Below, piece by piece: positions 49,876-63,179 of a DNA stretch of 64,000 bases (its first letter is position 1; each line of letters begins with the position of its first letter). This stretch comes from Octopus sinensis (Eukaryota). Under the pieces are notes generated by a model. That model made no database searches, was not told where the DNA came from, and saw nothing but the letters and a program-made list of their open reading frames with translations. The position numbers were made by a program, and so were the translations under genes. The DNA lies in contig NC_042999.1 in assembly GCF_006345805.1 (NCBI RefSeq), positions 42,904,001 to 42,968,000 of the forward strand. Direction: 5' to 3'.

Positions 49876-51331
49876 ATATATAATGTATATATATACATAT
49901 ATAAAATTTAATAAGGGTAGAAATTGATATTAATCAATTAAAACCAGTGGCCTAACATATTAAAAAAATCCGAAGATTAAAATATTTTTACATACAAAAT
50001 TTAAATTTAAATAGCGAATTTGACGTCTATATCTAGCATGTTGACCGTCCACTTTTAGTGGTCAGTCCTTTAAATTTTGTACATATATATATATCTATAT
50101 ATAACAGGCTTCTTTCAGTTTCTGTCTGCCAAATCTGCTCACAAAGCTTTGATCGGCCCGAGGCTATGGTAGAAGACACTTGCCCAAGGTGCCACACAGT
50201 AGGTCTGAACCTGGAACCATGTGTTTGATAAGCAAGCTACTTACCACACAGCCACTCCTGTATGAATGCTTTCCCTTCTCATAATTCTACCATTCAGTCT
50301 TGTGACTTTGTCTTTTCTTGTTATGATGCTTTGTTTTATTTTCTCCATGCATGTTTTGTCTATTATGTACACTCATTTATACCCCAGCAGCCTATGTTGC
50401 TGACACTGCCAAATTGCACAATATTTCCGAAAGGTGTCGAAATTATAATGATATTTGTTTGGTAGCTGATGAGGGGTCAAGCATGTCAGCGTCCATTGTG
50501 GGTGATTTTTTTTCTTATCTTTCCATATGTTCCTTTGTGGTTCTTCTGTCCCAAATTTCATATTTTCACAGACATATTTACTTTGTATGTGTGGTTGTAG
50601 ACACAGTATGGCTGAAGGGTTAAGAAGTTTGTTTCACAACCGTAAGATCCCAATTTCAATCCCATTGTGTGACATCTTGGGTAAATGTCATTTTCTTTGG
50701 CCTTGGTTTGACTCATACATTGTGAATGATATTGGGTAGAAGGAAACTGTATAGAAGTCTGAAAGGGGCACATGGCTGTGGACTACATGTTAATTTAGGA
50801 GCAGATAATTCAGTTGATATCAAACAACTGAATACTCATAATGGAACAACAAAGATCCATTAATGTGTGGTTGCATGATTGCGTATGTAGTTGTATGTGT
50901 GTATGTATATGTGGTTGTGTGTATATATGTTTGATTGCGTGCATATGCATAGTTCTCCATATATGCTTGTGTGGTTAGCTGCATATGCATGTGCAGTTGT
51001 TTGTATGTACATGTTAAGGTACCTGTAAGTGCATTTTTGGCTGTCTGAATTTGTGAATATGTGTCTGCACTTTTGTGTGTGTGTGTATGTGTGTGTGTCT
51101 GATGATGGCAAGAATTGAGCTGTTCTGTTAATTTGGACATTATTAAGAATTCTTGAAATATTGATTAACACATAGTAATCAACTAGAATATATGATGAAC
51201 ACACAACAGACAAGCACACGATATACTAATACAAACACATGCATACATATGCATGCAAACACACACACACATACATACATATAGGTTCATACACAACACT
51301 CTGTGTTTAACAAAAGGAAAATGAATATTAA

Positions 51332-51550
51332 CCCTTTCAATACCAACCTGGCTGAAACCGGCTCTGACTACAAATGTCTTGTTTTTATAAGTTTTGAATT
51401 AAACTCTTCCACCAAACCTTAGTCACAATTTATGCTCCTAACACTAACTTAATGGTAACTAAGTTATTTTACTATATTCTTTGTTATATTTAAAATTAAC
51501 TGAAAAAAAAAAACATAGAGCATCTCAAAATAAATACGGAAACTAAAGGG
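51332..51550. mobile_element. piggyBac-type MITE with TTAA TSD
   Basis: TTAA|CCCTTT...AAAGGG|TTAA; sister copy at 57309-57528. Confidence 0.88.
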
Positions 51551-52204
51551 TTAAAAATGATAAAATGATTTATACATATCATCATCATCATAACATCCAC
51601 ATGCTAGCATGGATGACATGAAACTTACTGGGACAGATTTTCTACAGCCAGATGTTCTTTCTGTTACCAAAGATGGTAATATTTCCTTTGGTCCTTTGAA
51701 CAATGAACAGCTCAATAGCTGGACATGTTTTTGTGGCAGATTGTAAACAATAGCAGCATTTATATGAACAACGACCTTGCATTTTATGCAATGCACAAAC
51801 AACAACAAGATAAAGAGGAAGACAAACACCCATGTGCATGAAGGCACATTTTGCCATGTGGCTTGTATGTGTACATGATAGTAATTCTGGTAGCATGGAG
51901 AGGGACAGTTTTGGTGGAACAATAATTTTATTTTTATGGTTTTTTTTATGAGTGGATTCCAGCCCAGGCTGCAGCAACAAAGTCCACCCACCACTGCCTC
52001 AAGGTCCTGGATACATTCTGAGCCAGTGTCTGTAATCAAATTGTCAATGCAGATGTGACGATGTTTTCTTAATCTTACATCACCATGAAGAAGGTTCCAT
52101 AAGACTAATTTGAATTCTTCCAGTTTAATGTGGTACACACAGGGACCACATGGTCATAGCCATCTTTGCCCAATCTTCTTGCTAACTCCCAGTAAGTCTC
52201 CATA

Positions 52205-52345
52205 AAGGTATTTGTTTGTCGTATGTTACTGCCATTTCACATTTAGAGCCATTTGTAGCATCCGTGTATAGCAGCCATCTAGCCGGTTTGATAATTTTTT
52301 TGTCAGTGTCCATGTTTCACTGCTGTATGATAATCCTTGTTGCAG
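52205..52345 (-). mobile_element. RTE LINE fragment
   Basis: LSYSSETWTLTKKLSNRLDGCYTRMLQMALNVKWQ is the typical RTE post-RT motif. Confidence 0.8.
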
Positions 52346-53004
52346 TTGTGGTGGCTTATGTGGCTCGGTCACACTGAGAGCTATGCCAGTGGAGGGCAAA
52401 CTCTTGGTAGTGTCTGTCATGCTTGAAAGGTTTAAAGGAATGAGGCCAGGCATATATGGATCACCTCTACCCAGAAGTAAAAATGGGTTTGCATAAGGCC
52501 ACAATCCAAGTCTAGAAAAAAAGCAAAATTACAGAAGCATCAGTGACAATTTAAACCCAACAAGACCTGGAAAGGAAAGCTTTCCCCCAGGGACCCATTG
52601 TTGAGAACAATGAAGAAAAGTCATTGACCTGTCCTCCATAGGGTGCAAACATCTTAACCCTTTAGCATTCAGATTCCTCCGTCAAATAATGCAAAGAGGC
52701 AAAGTGGCTGAGTTCCTTTCAAGCACTGGGCTTCACAGAGGCAATGATCAAGACCTTTGGCATTATGTCATGTTTGAGAAGAAGACCCATCAAGCCAAGC
52801 AAAACCACAGTTATGGCAGATGCTGGTGTCACACACATTTGCCACCAGCACCCATACTAGTGGCACATAAAAGCACCCATTCCACTCTCAGGGTGGTTGG
52901 CATTAGGAAAGGCATCTAGCCGTAGAAAACCATGCCTAATCAGACTGGAGTCTGGTGCAGCTTACCAGCCCTGGTCAAACCATCCAACCCATGCCATGGT
53001 GGTG

Positions 53005-53042
<38 letters not shown>

Positions 53043-53415
53043 CATTGATTTGAATTAATCATGCATTATCCTATAGCTTCAAGAGTTCAGTGGTGTCGTT
53101 TATTTCTAGAATGACATTGTAGTGTAGGTGTGAGATGTCAGATCTGGCCAGTCTGAGTACAGAAAAGATAGAATATTTGGGCCAGATATGGCCAGTTTAA
53201 ATGCTATACAGCTAAGAAAAACAAGTTCCTTTACATTTTTCATACATTTTTTTGTCCATCAGGTACACTTCCATATTGGAAGTTATACACTTAGAAACTG
53301 ATATACCCTTTGGTTATTTGTTAATTTTTCTTTAATTTTCTTTGTAATATTTTCATTTACAAAAATTCCATTCTTCAAATTAACTAACTCATTTTGTTTT
53401 TGTACTGTTTTGTAG

Positions 53416-53488
53416 GCCATAAATTCATTAAAGAAATATCCTCTCCCTCTAAGAAGTGGTAATGAATGTCGCATTTTAGAGAACTTTG
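53416..53488 (+). CDS. MUS81: MUS81 coding exon 2
   Basis: TTTTGTAG|GCC...TTTG|GTTTGT; encodes [25 protein letters not shown] (human [25 protein letters not shown]); phase 0 to 1. Confidence 0.93.
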
Positions 53489-55078
53489 GTTTGTATTTTG
53501 TATTTTTTTATTCATTCTTTTATCTTAGAATAAAATCATGAATTCCCAGCAAACTGTTCATAATCAACTCTCTTTTTATCTCAAGTTCAAACCATGTTAA
53601 TGTATTTGCATCTATGATAATAAATGCCAAAACGAATTTCTGTGTATCAGTTTGTCACACTTTGACCTCCTCTCTCACTATTCAATGACACTTCCACTAT
53701 ACCTCATGTTAGGGTGAGAGTAATAAATAGTAGTCATAGAGACGGTGAGGGCAATAGTAGATTGACGATTGTGATGGTAACGGGGTGATAGTAATAGTAT
53801 GAGTTGCAGTTGTGATAGAGGCAAGGGCGACAGCGATTGTGGTGGTGGTAGTAGTGGTGGTGGTAGCCGAGGCAGTCAGGGGTGATGGTGATAGTAATCG
53901 ATGAGAAAGACAGTGATGTTGGTGGTGGAAGGGAAGGCGGCAAAGTCAAAGGTATTGATTGTGGTGGCGTCAGAAGTCTGAATGGTGTGTGTGTATGGCA
54001 GTTGTGCTGGCGATGGTGGTGGTACTGGTGATAGTGATGGTTGAATACAATTATCAGAGAGAGAGAGAGAGAGATAAAGAAAGAAAGAGGTTAGATAGAA
54101 AAAAAATTGTACTGACCCCCCTGAATTGGAAGACAACAAATGTTGTTTACTATGCAGCTTTGCAATAAGTTCCAAGTCGACAAATTATATCATTCTTTTG
54201 TTGAAAATTGTTCATTGCTTGAAAAATATTGGCCAAGTTTAATAAAATTTAATTAGTACTCAATGCATGAAGTGTCATTATTGGGCCCAAGGCCCAATGA
54301 AGAGCCCTCCACAAGAGCTAACTTAAAAGCCACCCTATCGAACAGCTTTTAAGCTAGCTGTGAATAATTTTTAAGAAAAACAATGAACATCCTACTTTGC
54401 TTGCCCTGTACTACTCTTTTGTATAATGCCCTTTTTCCATGCTAGCATGGGCTGAACAAGGACTTGAGGCACCATTTTACAGCTGTATGCCCTTCCTGTC
54501 ACCAACCTTTACCTGTTTCTCAATTTTTTTTTCATTCTGCTATTTTTTGAACGCATAGACAGACTGGTCCTAGTATCAACGAGGGATGTAAACATCATAT
54601 CACCATTTTGCTGAGAGAGTGACAAGTGAAAATCGGGGCATTTATGCACGCACACACAGACACACGCGCACACACACACACACACATATGCATACACATG
54701 TCAAGTCACTGAGATCTACAGGTAACATGTAAACATTTTACATAGCCTGGTTAGAAAGATTACTAGAGACCCCAACATAACAGGACAAAGACAAAACCAA
54801 GCAAAAAGATAGATGAACCCATGAGTATTACTTTGAAAAACTTCCACAAGAGTTCCGCATAGGAAGTTGCATCTAATGCTTTATTCTAGCAAAGTAGGAG
54901 TAAACTAATTTTAAAATCTCCACTTTGGTCACATGTAGTTTATTATGATCCAATGGTACCAATCCTATGCAGATGGTACAGCCCTATTTTCCTTCTTAAC
55001 CTTTAGCATTTAAACTCTCCATATCCAGCTTTAATATTCTTGATAGGTATAACCTGTTGACAAACAAATCTTTTGTAG

Positions 55079-55135
55079 GGAAGAAGATTTGTGAGATGAT
55101 TGATGAGAAGATTGCTCAACACTCGGCTGAGACAG
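55079..55135 (+). CDS. MUS81: MUS81 coding exon 3
   Basis: TTTTGTAG|GG...ACAG|GTAAGA; encodes (G)KKICEMIDEKIAQHSAET (human GDGLCRMLDERLQRH); phase 1 to 1. Confidence 0.9.
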
Positions 55136-55309
55136 GTAAGACTTGTTTTGATAGTAAAATAATGAAACAACTCCCTCGTATTTTCATTCTGATAGTCTGT
55201 CTAAAACTTCTTCCGTCCATTTTTTTTTGTTTTTTTTTTTTACGTCCATATTTCCATGTTTACTTTCATACATTGGTATATTATGTTAGGGAAGTTTTTA
55301 CAGCTAGTT

Positions 55310-55538
55310 ACTCTTTTACTCTTTTACTTGTTTCAGTCATTTTGACTGCGGCCATGCTGGAGCACCGCCTTTAGTCGAGCAAATCGACCCCGGGACTTAT
55401 TCTTTGTAAGCCCAGTACTTATTCTATCGGTCTCTTTTGCCAAACCGCTAAGTGACAGGGGCGTAAACACACCAGCATCGGTTGTCAAGCAATGCTAGAG
55501 GGACAAACACAGACACACAAACATATACACACACAGAC

Positions 55539-55569
<31 letters not shown>

Positions 55570-55735
55570 TACGGCAGGCTTCTTTCAGTTTCCGTCTACC
55601 AAATCCACTCACAAGGCTTTGTTCGGCCCGAGGCTATAGCAGAAGACACTTGCCCAAGATGCCACGCAGTGGGACTGAACCCGGAACCATGTGGTTGGTT
55701 AGCAAGCTACTTACCACACAGCCACTCCTGCGCCT
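55310..55735 (-). mobile_element. Full-length octopod CORE-like SINE
   Basis: Near-identical to 43230-43634. Confidence 0.92.
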
Positions 55736-55900
55736 TGTTGTTCATTTTGTAATTGAAGACATTACAGAACGTAAACAAATGATGGCGTAGGGGATTAAAG
55801 TTTTTGCTTTCAGATTAGCAAGTTTATAACTTATTTTAAAACAACATATAAACAAAACTGTTTTGACTCCGGCAATTTCAAGTGGTCTTGGACTCAGAGA

Positions 55901-56369
55901 TACGACAGGTTGCTGCAAAGTTAAGGCGGAGAGTTGGCAGAAACGTTAGCACGCCAGGCGAAATGCTTACCGGTATTTCGTCTGCCGCTACGTTCTGAGT
56001 TCAAATTCCGCCGAGGTCGACTTTGCGTTTCATCCTTTCGGGGTCAATAAATTAAGTACCAGTTACGCACTGGGGTCGATGTAATCGACTTAATCCGTTT
56101 GTCTGTCCTTGTTTGTCCCCTCTGTGTTTAGCCCCTTGTGGGTAGTAAAGAAATAGGTTGCTGAAAAGTTCCTGGCTCTAAGGGTTTCACAAAAGGCTTG
56201 GTTGGAGGCCCAACCTTCCAAGTTCTTTTACATGGCTTAGGAAAAGTGAAGGGCCACTGCAAGGTGTGTGTGAATCTGAGAGGGGAACATGTTGAATAGA
56301 ATCACAATAAACTGATCTTTCTGTATTTTCCTTTACCCAAAGCCAGAAACTTTTCGGCACCCCTTCATA
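55901..56369. mobile_element. Mariner-type MITE whose left TIR is split by a SINE
   Basis: The right end reverse-complements to TATGAAGGGGTGCCGAAAAGTTTCTGGCT; the left is TACGACAGGTTGCTG...AAAAGTTCCTGGCT. Confidence 0.75.
55923..56154 (+). mobile_element. Full-length Deu/Nin-type SINE with 16-bp TSD
   Basis: TSD AGGTTGCTG(C/A)AAAGTT at 55907-55922 and 56155-56170. Confidence 0.92.
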
Positions 56370-56499
56370 TATGCACTCTCAGGCAGATTTGTATCATACA
56401 GGATATTAATACTTACAGTTACAGTAAACAGATATGAAATAACATCTCGTAAGTTTATAAAACACTAAATTAAATACAACACAAGTTATTCACTAATGT

Positions 56500-56865
56500 A
56501 ACCTTACCACATGAAGTGGTCATTAATATAACCACACCTATTGAGTTTCTTGCTTTCTAGTGTAACCTCATTTCATGACATGGTAATGAATATAATCAGA
56601 TTTCAAAAATTAATTGACAGTTTGATAATGTAGCCACATCATGAATTATTAATGATTATAGCCACCCTTCAAGAATTGACAGTTCATTAATAACCACACC
56701 TTATGAGTTGGTAATGAATACAGTCACAGTTCAAGTATTGACGGTTCAATAATATAACCACTTCTCAGAGTTGATAATAAACATAGCCATTGGTAGTTCA
56801 TAAACATAGCCACACCTCATGTATTAGTAGTTAGTTAGTTCACTATTGTAGCCACATCACATAAG
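56500..56865. repeat. Old degenerate minisatellite (~30/60-bp periodicity)
   Basis: Recurrent ATAACCACAC/ATAGCCACA and TTGACAGTT motifs. Confidence 0.55.
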
Positions 56866-57308
56866 GTAAGGAAAATAAACATGGCAGTAATTTTATATTT
56901 TGGCACAAAGCCAGCAGTTTTAGGCAAAGATTAAGTCGATTACATCAATCCCAGCGCTTGACTGGACTTTATTTTATTGACCCTGAAAGGATGACCAGCA
57001 GAGTTGACCTTGGTGGAATATGAACTCTGAATGTATAGAGCCAGAAGAAATATCAATAAGCATTTGGTCCAGTGTACTAAAGATTCTGCCAGCTCGCTGC
57101 CTTATTGACTGAAGGCCAGCAGTTTTAAGGGAGGGGGCTAAGTCAAGTAAACCGACCCCAGTACTCTACTGGTGCTTATTTGATTAACTCTGAATGGATG
57201 AAAGGCAAAGTTGACCTTGGCAGAATTTGAACTCAGAACGTAAAGAGCCAGAAGAAAGGCTGCTAGGCACTTTGTCCAATATGCAACTCTGCTAGCTCAG
57301 TTCCTTAA

Positions 57309-57528
57309 CCCTTTTGTTACCAACCCGGCTGAAACCACCTCTGGCTCTGACTACAAATGTCTTGTTTTCATAAGTTTTGAATTAAAATCTTCTACCAAAC
57401 CTTAGTCACAATTTATGTTCCTAACACTAGCTGAATGATAACAAAGTTATTTTACGAAATTCTTTGTTATATTTAAAGTAATTGAAAGAAACACAGAGCA
57501 TCTCAAAATAAATACAATAACAAAAGGG
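57309..57528. mobile_element. piggyBac-type MITE with TTAA TSD
   Basis: TTAA|CCCTTT...AAAGGG|TTAA. Confidence 0.88.
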
Positions 57529-58290
57529 TTAATGATTTCAAACGTTGGCTCAAGGCCAGCAATTTTAAGAGAAGGGGTGGGTCAAATACATTGACTCCCC
57601 CCTCCCCCAGTGCTCAATAAGTACTAGTCTTGTCAACACTGAAAGAACGGAAAGCAAAGTTGACCTTGGCAGAATTTGAACTCAGAACATAAAGTGTCGG
57701 AAGAAATGCTGCTAAATATTTTTTTCTGACTTGCTAATTATTCTACTATTTGCTGTCTTGAGCAATGTTGATAATGATGATGATAGTGGTAAGAGTGATG
57801 ATGACAATGATGATGGTGGTGGTGATGAAGCTGATGTTAGTGCTGGTGTCTGCGGTGCTTCAGTTGTCAATGTGTAATATTACATGGTCATAAAAACTCT
57901 ATTAACAAGAATGTTTACACTAGTGTAAATTCTGTTATCTGAGTAACTGAAGTGGAACTGATACAGAATTCAGTGATCAGTGCAGTGATTAGGTGTTTGT
58001 AATTAATTAGTCGTTGGCTGACAAACAGTATGATGATTAAACAGAGACATAAAGTCATCATCATTATCATCAGTTTTTACATCCGCTTTCTCCATGCTCA
58101 GATGGATCAGGCAGAATTTTGATAAGGCAGATTTTCTACAACCAGGTGCTCTACCTGTTGCCAACCCTCTCCTGTTTCCGACTAAGGTAACATTTCTCCT
58201 TAATGTGATAAGGAACTAGGAACAAAAGACACTTCTTGCGTGATGGTGACATTCATAACTATCACACAACGTCAAGGCAGAGAGACAGTA

Positions 58291-58331
<41 letters not shown>

Positions 58332-58380
58332 ATGCAATAGGATTGAACCTTAAGCCATGTGACTGGGAAACAAACTTGTT

Positions 58381-58614
58381 ATTTCTTTATTGCCCACAAG
58401 GGGCTAAACATAGAGGGGACAAACATGGACAGACAAAGGGATTAAGTTGATTACATCAACTCCAGTGCATAACTGGTACTTAATTTATCAACCCCGAAAA
58501 GATGAAAGGCAAAGTTGACCTCGGCGGAATTTGAACTCAGAACGTAAAGACAGACAAAAATACTGCTAAGCATTTTGCCCAGCGTGCTAACGATTCTGCC
58601 AGCTCGCCACCTTA
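58381..58614 (-). mobile_element. Deu/Nin-type SINE with ~16-bp TSD, nested in another SINE head
   Basis: GGGAAACAAACTT(G/C)TT on both sides. Further decayed copies lie at ~56890-57300, ~57545-57760, ~61842-62060, ~62160-62390 and ~62740-62960. Confidence 0.85.
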
Positions 58615-58929
58615 GGGAAACAAACTTCTTGCCACACAGCCACACCTGTGCCTATAAAATGATCACACACATACACACATGCACACAAATGGAGGCTCAA
58701 GGACTGGTGGCAAGTGCTGGTTTCATGATCATACACACACACACACACACACACACATATGACAGGCTTCTTTCAGTTTCTGCTCACCTAATCTGCTTAC
58801 AAGGCTTCGGTCAGCTCAGGCCTATCACAGAAAACACTTTCCCAAGATAACATGCAGTGGGATTGAACTCTGAGATATGTGACTGAGAAACAAACTTCTT
58901 GGCACACAGCCACACCTGTACCTTTACCA

Positions 58930-59283
58930 TAGTTGTGCCTATTAATGCAGATTTACTTATTTCCAACTGGCATTCCATCAGTTTGAGGGTTCCAGTTGAT
59001 CCAACCAACAGAACAGTCTGCTGTGAAATTAACATGCAAGTGGCTGAGTACTCCACAGACACATGTACCTTTAACGTAGTTCTCAGGGAGATTCAGCATG
59101 ACACAGAACATGACAAGGTTGGCCCTTTGAAATACAGGTACTACTCATTTTTGCCAGCTGAGTGGACTGGAGCTACATGAAATAAAGTGTCTTGTTCAAG
59201 GACACAATGCAACACCAGGAATTGAGCTTACGACCTTATGATCATAAACCAAATACCCTAACCACTAAGCCATGCACCTTCAC
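58930..59283 (-). mobile_element. tRNA-derived SINE (V/Meta-like domain)
   Basis: Minus-strand head GTGAAGGTGCATGGCTTAGTGGTTAGG, then GTGTCCTTGAACAAGACACTTT and GCTCCAGTCCACTCAGCTG. Confidence 0.75.
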
Positions 59284-60585
59284 TCCAACATATATTAAAT
59301 TAGTAAAATAATTAACTTTGCCATTACTAATTCAATGTTTTGAAGCACATGAATATGCAGAATACATACATACAGATGCACACACATACATACATATATA
59401 CATATGCATACACACATATATATACATACACACACATGCATACACACATACATACATTCATACATACACACATACATACATATGTACATATGATCATATG
59501 TACATGAACAATCTGACTCATACATTGTTTGCTTTCCAGACATTTGCACATTACTGCATACACTTTATACGCACTTTCTGACAAGTTGTGGTGCACCTGA
59601 GCACTGTATACAATAATTTCATTATTATTATATGTATGCATGCATAGGCACACACACATGCGCACAAACAAACAAAAGGGAACGCAGTGTAAATAACGGT
59701 CAGAGTCAAGACTATTGAAAAGGTTGCAAGACGCAACGAAAATTTTAGGAAAATAAAAATAAGAAATAAGTGGAAATTTTACCGGTGAGTGTGTTACAAT
59801 ATAAGGCACAAAAAGAAAATGACTCTCCTCAGACACAACAGAATTATGAAAGGAACTTTAGAAAAAAAATTGTTGGAGAGCTTTGATTTAAACATGAGCA
59901 CTTCAAAACACTAAATTTGTTTTTCATAGAAATTGGGGCAGTTTTGGATGGGATTAGTATCAAAAGTATTGATAATAGGCTGATGTCTATCTGTGTAGTA
60001 AGAAGTTTGCTTTCCAACCACATGGTTTCAGGTCCAATCCTACTGTGTGTCATCTGCTATAGCTTCAAGCTGACCAAAGCCTTGTGAGTGGGTTTGGTAG
60101 ATGGAAACTGGGAGAAACCCATTGTGTATCATCATCATCATTTAGCGTCCGCTTTCCATGCTAGCATGTTTTGGACGGTTCAACAGGGTCTGGGAAGCCA
60201 GAAGGTTGCACCGGGCCCAGTCTGATCTGGCAATGTTTCTACGCCTGGATGCCCTTCCTAACGCCAACCACTCCGTGAGTGTAGTGGGTGCTTTTTATGT
60301 GCCACCGGCACAGGTGCCAGACGGGGATGTATGTATGTGTATATATATATATATATATATGTATGCAGCACGGAATTTTGACAGTGAACAGGTCACAGTC
60401 TCAAAGTGCCGAAAATATTTTGGCAAATTAAATTTAAATGTTGAAGTGAATCTAACGGTTTTTGTGTGTTTCTTAAACGGCTTATAAACACCTTCCATGC
60501 TGCAATTGTTTTCGTTCCAGCACACGATCTCAGATCAGGTCACTTGCTATGCAAGTACATCTCTGTAATACATACATACACACAC

Positions 60586-60626
<41 letters not shown>

Positions 60627-60672
60627 CACATATATATATATATAATATATATATATATACACACTCACATTA

Positions 60673-60719
<47 letters not shown>

Positions 60720-61140
60720 GTAAGTAGATGTGTTTATCATTCTCTTTTGCCAAACTTCTAAGTTACAAGAGCATAATCAAACCAACACCAGTTGTCAAGC
60801 AGTGCTGTGGGGAAGGGCCGTGACAAACACAGACAAAAAAAGCACATAAACATAATTATATATACACACACTCACACAACAGAATTCAACACAGTTTCCA
60901 GCTCGGAAGTTCACTCACAAGCCATTGGTTGACCTGGAGGTATATTAGAAGACACATGCCCAAGATACTCGGTCGTGGGATTGAACCCAAAGTCACATGG
61001 TTACAAAGTGAGCATCTTAACCACACAGCTATTCCTGCACCTATTGCTGTCTTTCTTTTCATTAGATTTACATATTTATTTATTTTTTTATTTATTTATT
61101 CTTATTCATTAAATTTCTCTGTGTTGCTTTGGTTCCCTAG

Positions 61141-61388
61141 GAATGGAAATATCCGAAATGTTTGATGCTGAAAGTAAGACGTCTAGATCGGAAAATGTAA
61201 CTAAAACGACCCAGAATCCCAGTCCTAATAAGAAACTATGTTCCAGGCTGGCAGTTCACACTATTAGCAGCTCAGATGAAAATGACACCGAAGAAGATGA
61301 AGGAGGAGAAGAAGGAGGGGGAGGGAGCAGAGGAAAAGATGCTCCTCCATCTGTTGTCCACCAAACTGATAATTTAACACCCACAAAA
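61141..61388 (+). CDS. MUS81: Probable MUS81 coding exon 4 (acidic, low-complexity linker)
   Basis: Pyrimidine tract and CCCTAG|GA with phase 1 matching exon 3; open frame (G)MEISEMFDAESK...SSSDENDTEEDEGG...LTPTK; donor AAA|GTTTGT. It has no conserved motif, so the assignment rests on phase and position. Confidence 0.65.
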
Positions 61389-61434
61389 GTTTGTGCTTCA
61401 TTTCTATTCATTCATTCATTCATTTAATTAACTG

Positions 61435-61443
61435 TTGTTGTTA

Positions 61444-61492
<49 letters not shown>

Positions 61493-61499
61493 CATTATT

Positions 61500-61546
<47 letters not shown>

Positions 61547-61755
61547 CATTATTATCATTATTATTATTATTATTATCATTATTATTATTATTATTATCAT
61601 TATTATTATTATTATTATCGTTATCATTATTATTATTATTGTTGTTGTTATTATTATTATCATTATCATTATTATCATTATCATTATTAGTATTATTATC
61701 ATTATTATTATTATTATTGTTATTATCATTATCATTATTATTATTATCATTATTA

Positions 61756-61786
<31 letters not shown>

Positions 61787-61809
61787 TATCATTATCATTA
61801 TTATTATTA

Positions 61810-61840
<31 letters not shown>
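61435..61840. repeat. (ATT/ATC)n trinucleotide tract
   Basis: Directly visible; source of the poly-I/L/Y ORFs. Confidence 0.97.
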
Positions 61841-61843
<3 letters not shown>

Positions 61844-62058
61844 AGGCAGCAAGCTAGCAGAATTGTTAACATGCTGGATGATGAAATGCTTAGTGGTATT
61901 TCGCACGTTGCCACGTTCTGAGTTCAAATTCTGCTGGGCTCGACTTTGCCTTTTCAGCCTTTCAGGGTCAATAAATTAAGTATCAGCGAATCACTGGGTC
62001 AATGTAATTTACTTACCCACTCCCAAAAATTTCGGGCCTTGTACCTTTAGTAGAAAGG

Positions 62059-62107
<49 letters not shown>

Positions 62108-62112
62108 TATTA

Positions 62113-62163
<51 letters not shown>

Positions 62164-62395
62164 ACTTACGGATGACAGACTGGCAGAATCGTTAGTGCTG
62201 CAGACAAAATGCTTAGGAGCATTTTTTCAGCTCTTTACATTCTGAGTTCAAGTCTTGCTCAAGTTGATTTGGTTTTTCATCCTTTCATGGTTGATAAAAT
62301 AAGTACCAGTCAAGTGTTAGGGGTCAATGAAATCAATTAATCCTTTCCCAAAAAAATTTCAAGCCTTATGCATGAAGAAGAAAGGGTTCTTGTAT

Positions 62396-62643
62396 CACGA
62401 GGTGGAGTGATAACAGGTCTGTGGCCACACATATGCTGCACTGGAGGTATCAGCAGATGCATCCCCTACAGCCTGAGAGGGTCAGAAAACCTCTGAACCA
62501 CTTGCCATGATAGGAATCAGGGCCTGGAACCAACACCATGAACAAGGAATTCCCAGTAGGCCTCTGGTCATTAGCCCACATCAATTACATCCATGACATC
62601 ACCACTACTGATCAAGCAGTCTGGTGAGGTCCTCAGATCTGGC
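62396..62643 (+). pseudogene. Decayed 18S rRNA gene fragment (3' region)
   Basis: Colinear matches to TAACAGGTCTGTG, GCCGCACGCGCGCTACACTG, CCATGAACGAGGAATTCCCAGTA, ATTACGTCC, CTACTACCGAT and GTGAGGCCCTCGGATC, with two ~20-nt deletions. Confidence 0.85.
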
Positions 62644-63179
62644 TGATGAATTTGCTTACATGCAGCAGCATTCCACACTGTCATCAGCACATTCTCTGAT
62701 GGCCCAAAGAAAACGACCACACCTGATCACTTAGAGAATGTAAACGTCGCAACAAGGAAGCAATAGATTAGCAGAATAGAGCATCAGACTAGGTTCCTTG
62801 CAGTATTTGTTTAGCTCTTTACATTCTTAGTTCAAATCCCACTAAGCTCAGCTTTGTCTTTCATCCAGGAGTGATAAAATAAAGTACCAATCAAATACTG
62901 GTGTTGATAAAATCAATTATTTTGCCTGGCATGCTAACATTTCTGCTAGCTCGCCACCTTAACCTATAGGTAATATTAAAATAACACTACTAACAGCAAT
63001 AACAATAACAGAGTCAAGGGTACCTTCAGAGAACCCATAGTATTAATAAAAAAGAAACAATAATAAACAAAAAATAATTTTATTTGAGTGACAGAGGTAG
63101 TTAAATAAAAAAAAAAAGCCAAAATATAAATAGGAAGAAACTGAAGACGACTTTTACCAAACTGCATTTTTTTGTGTTG

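Noticed and set aside
51551-52138. 195-aa minus-strand ORF as a gene
   Set aside because: No recognisable domain; it lies antisense within MUS81 intron 1 and overlaps repeat-derived sequence.
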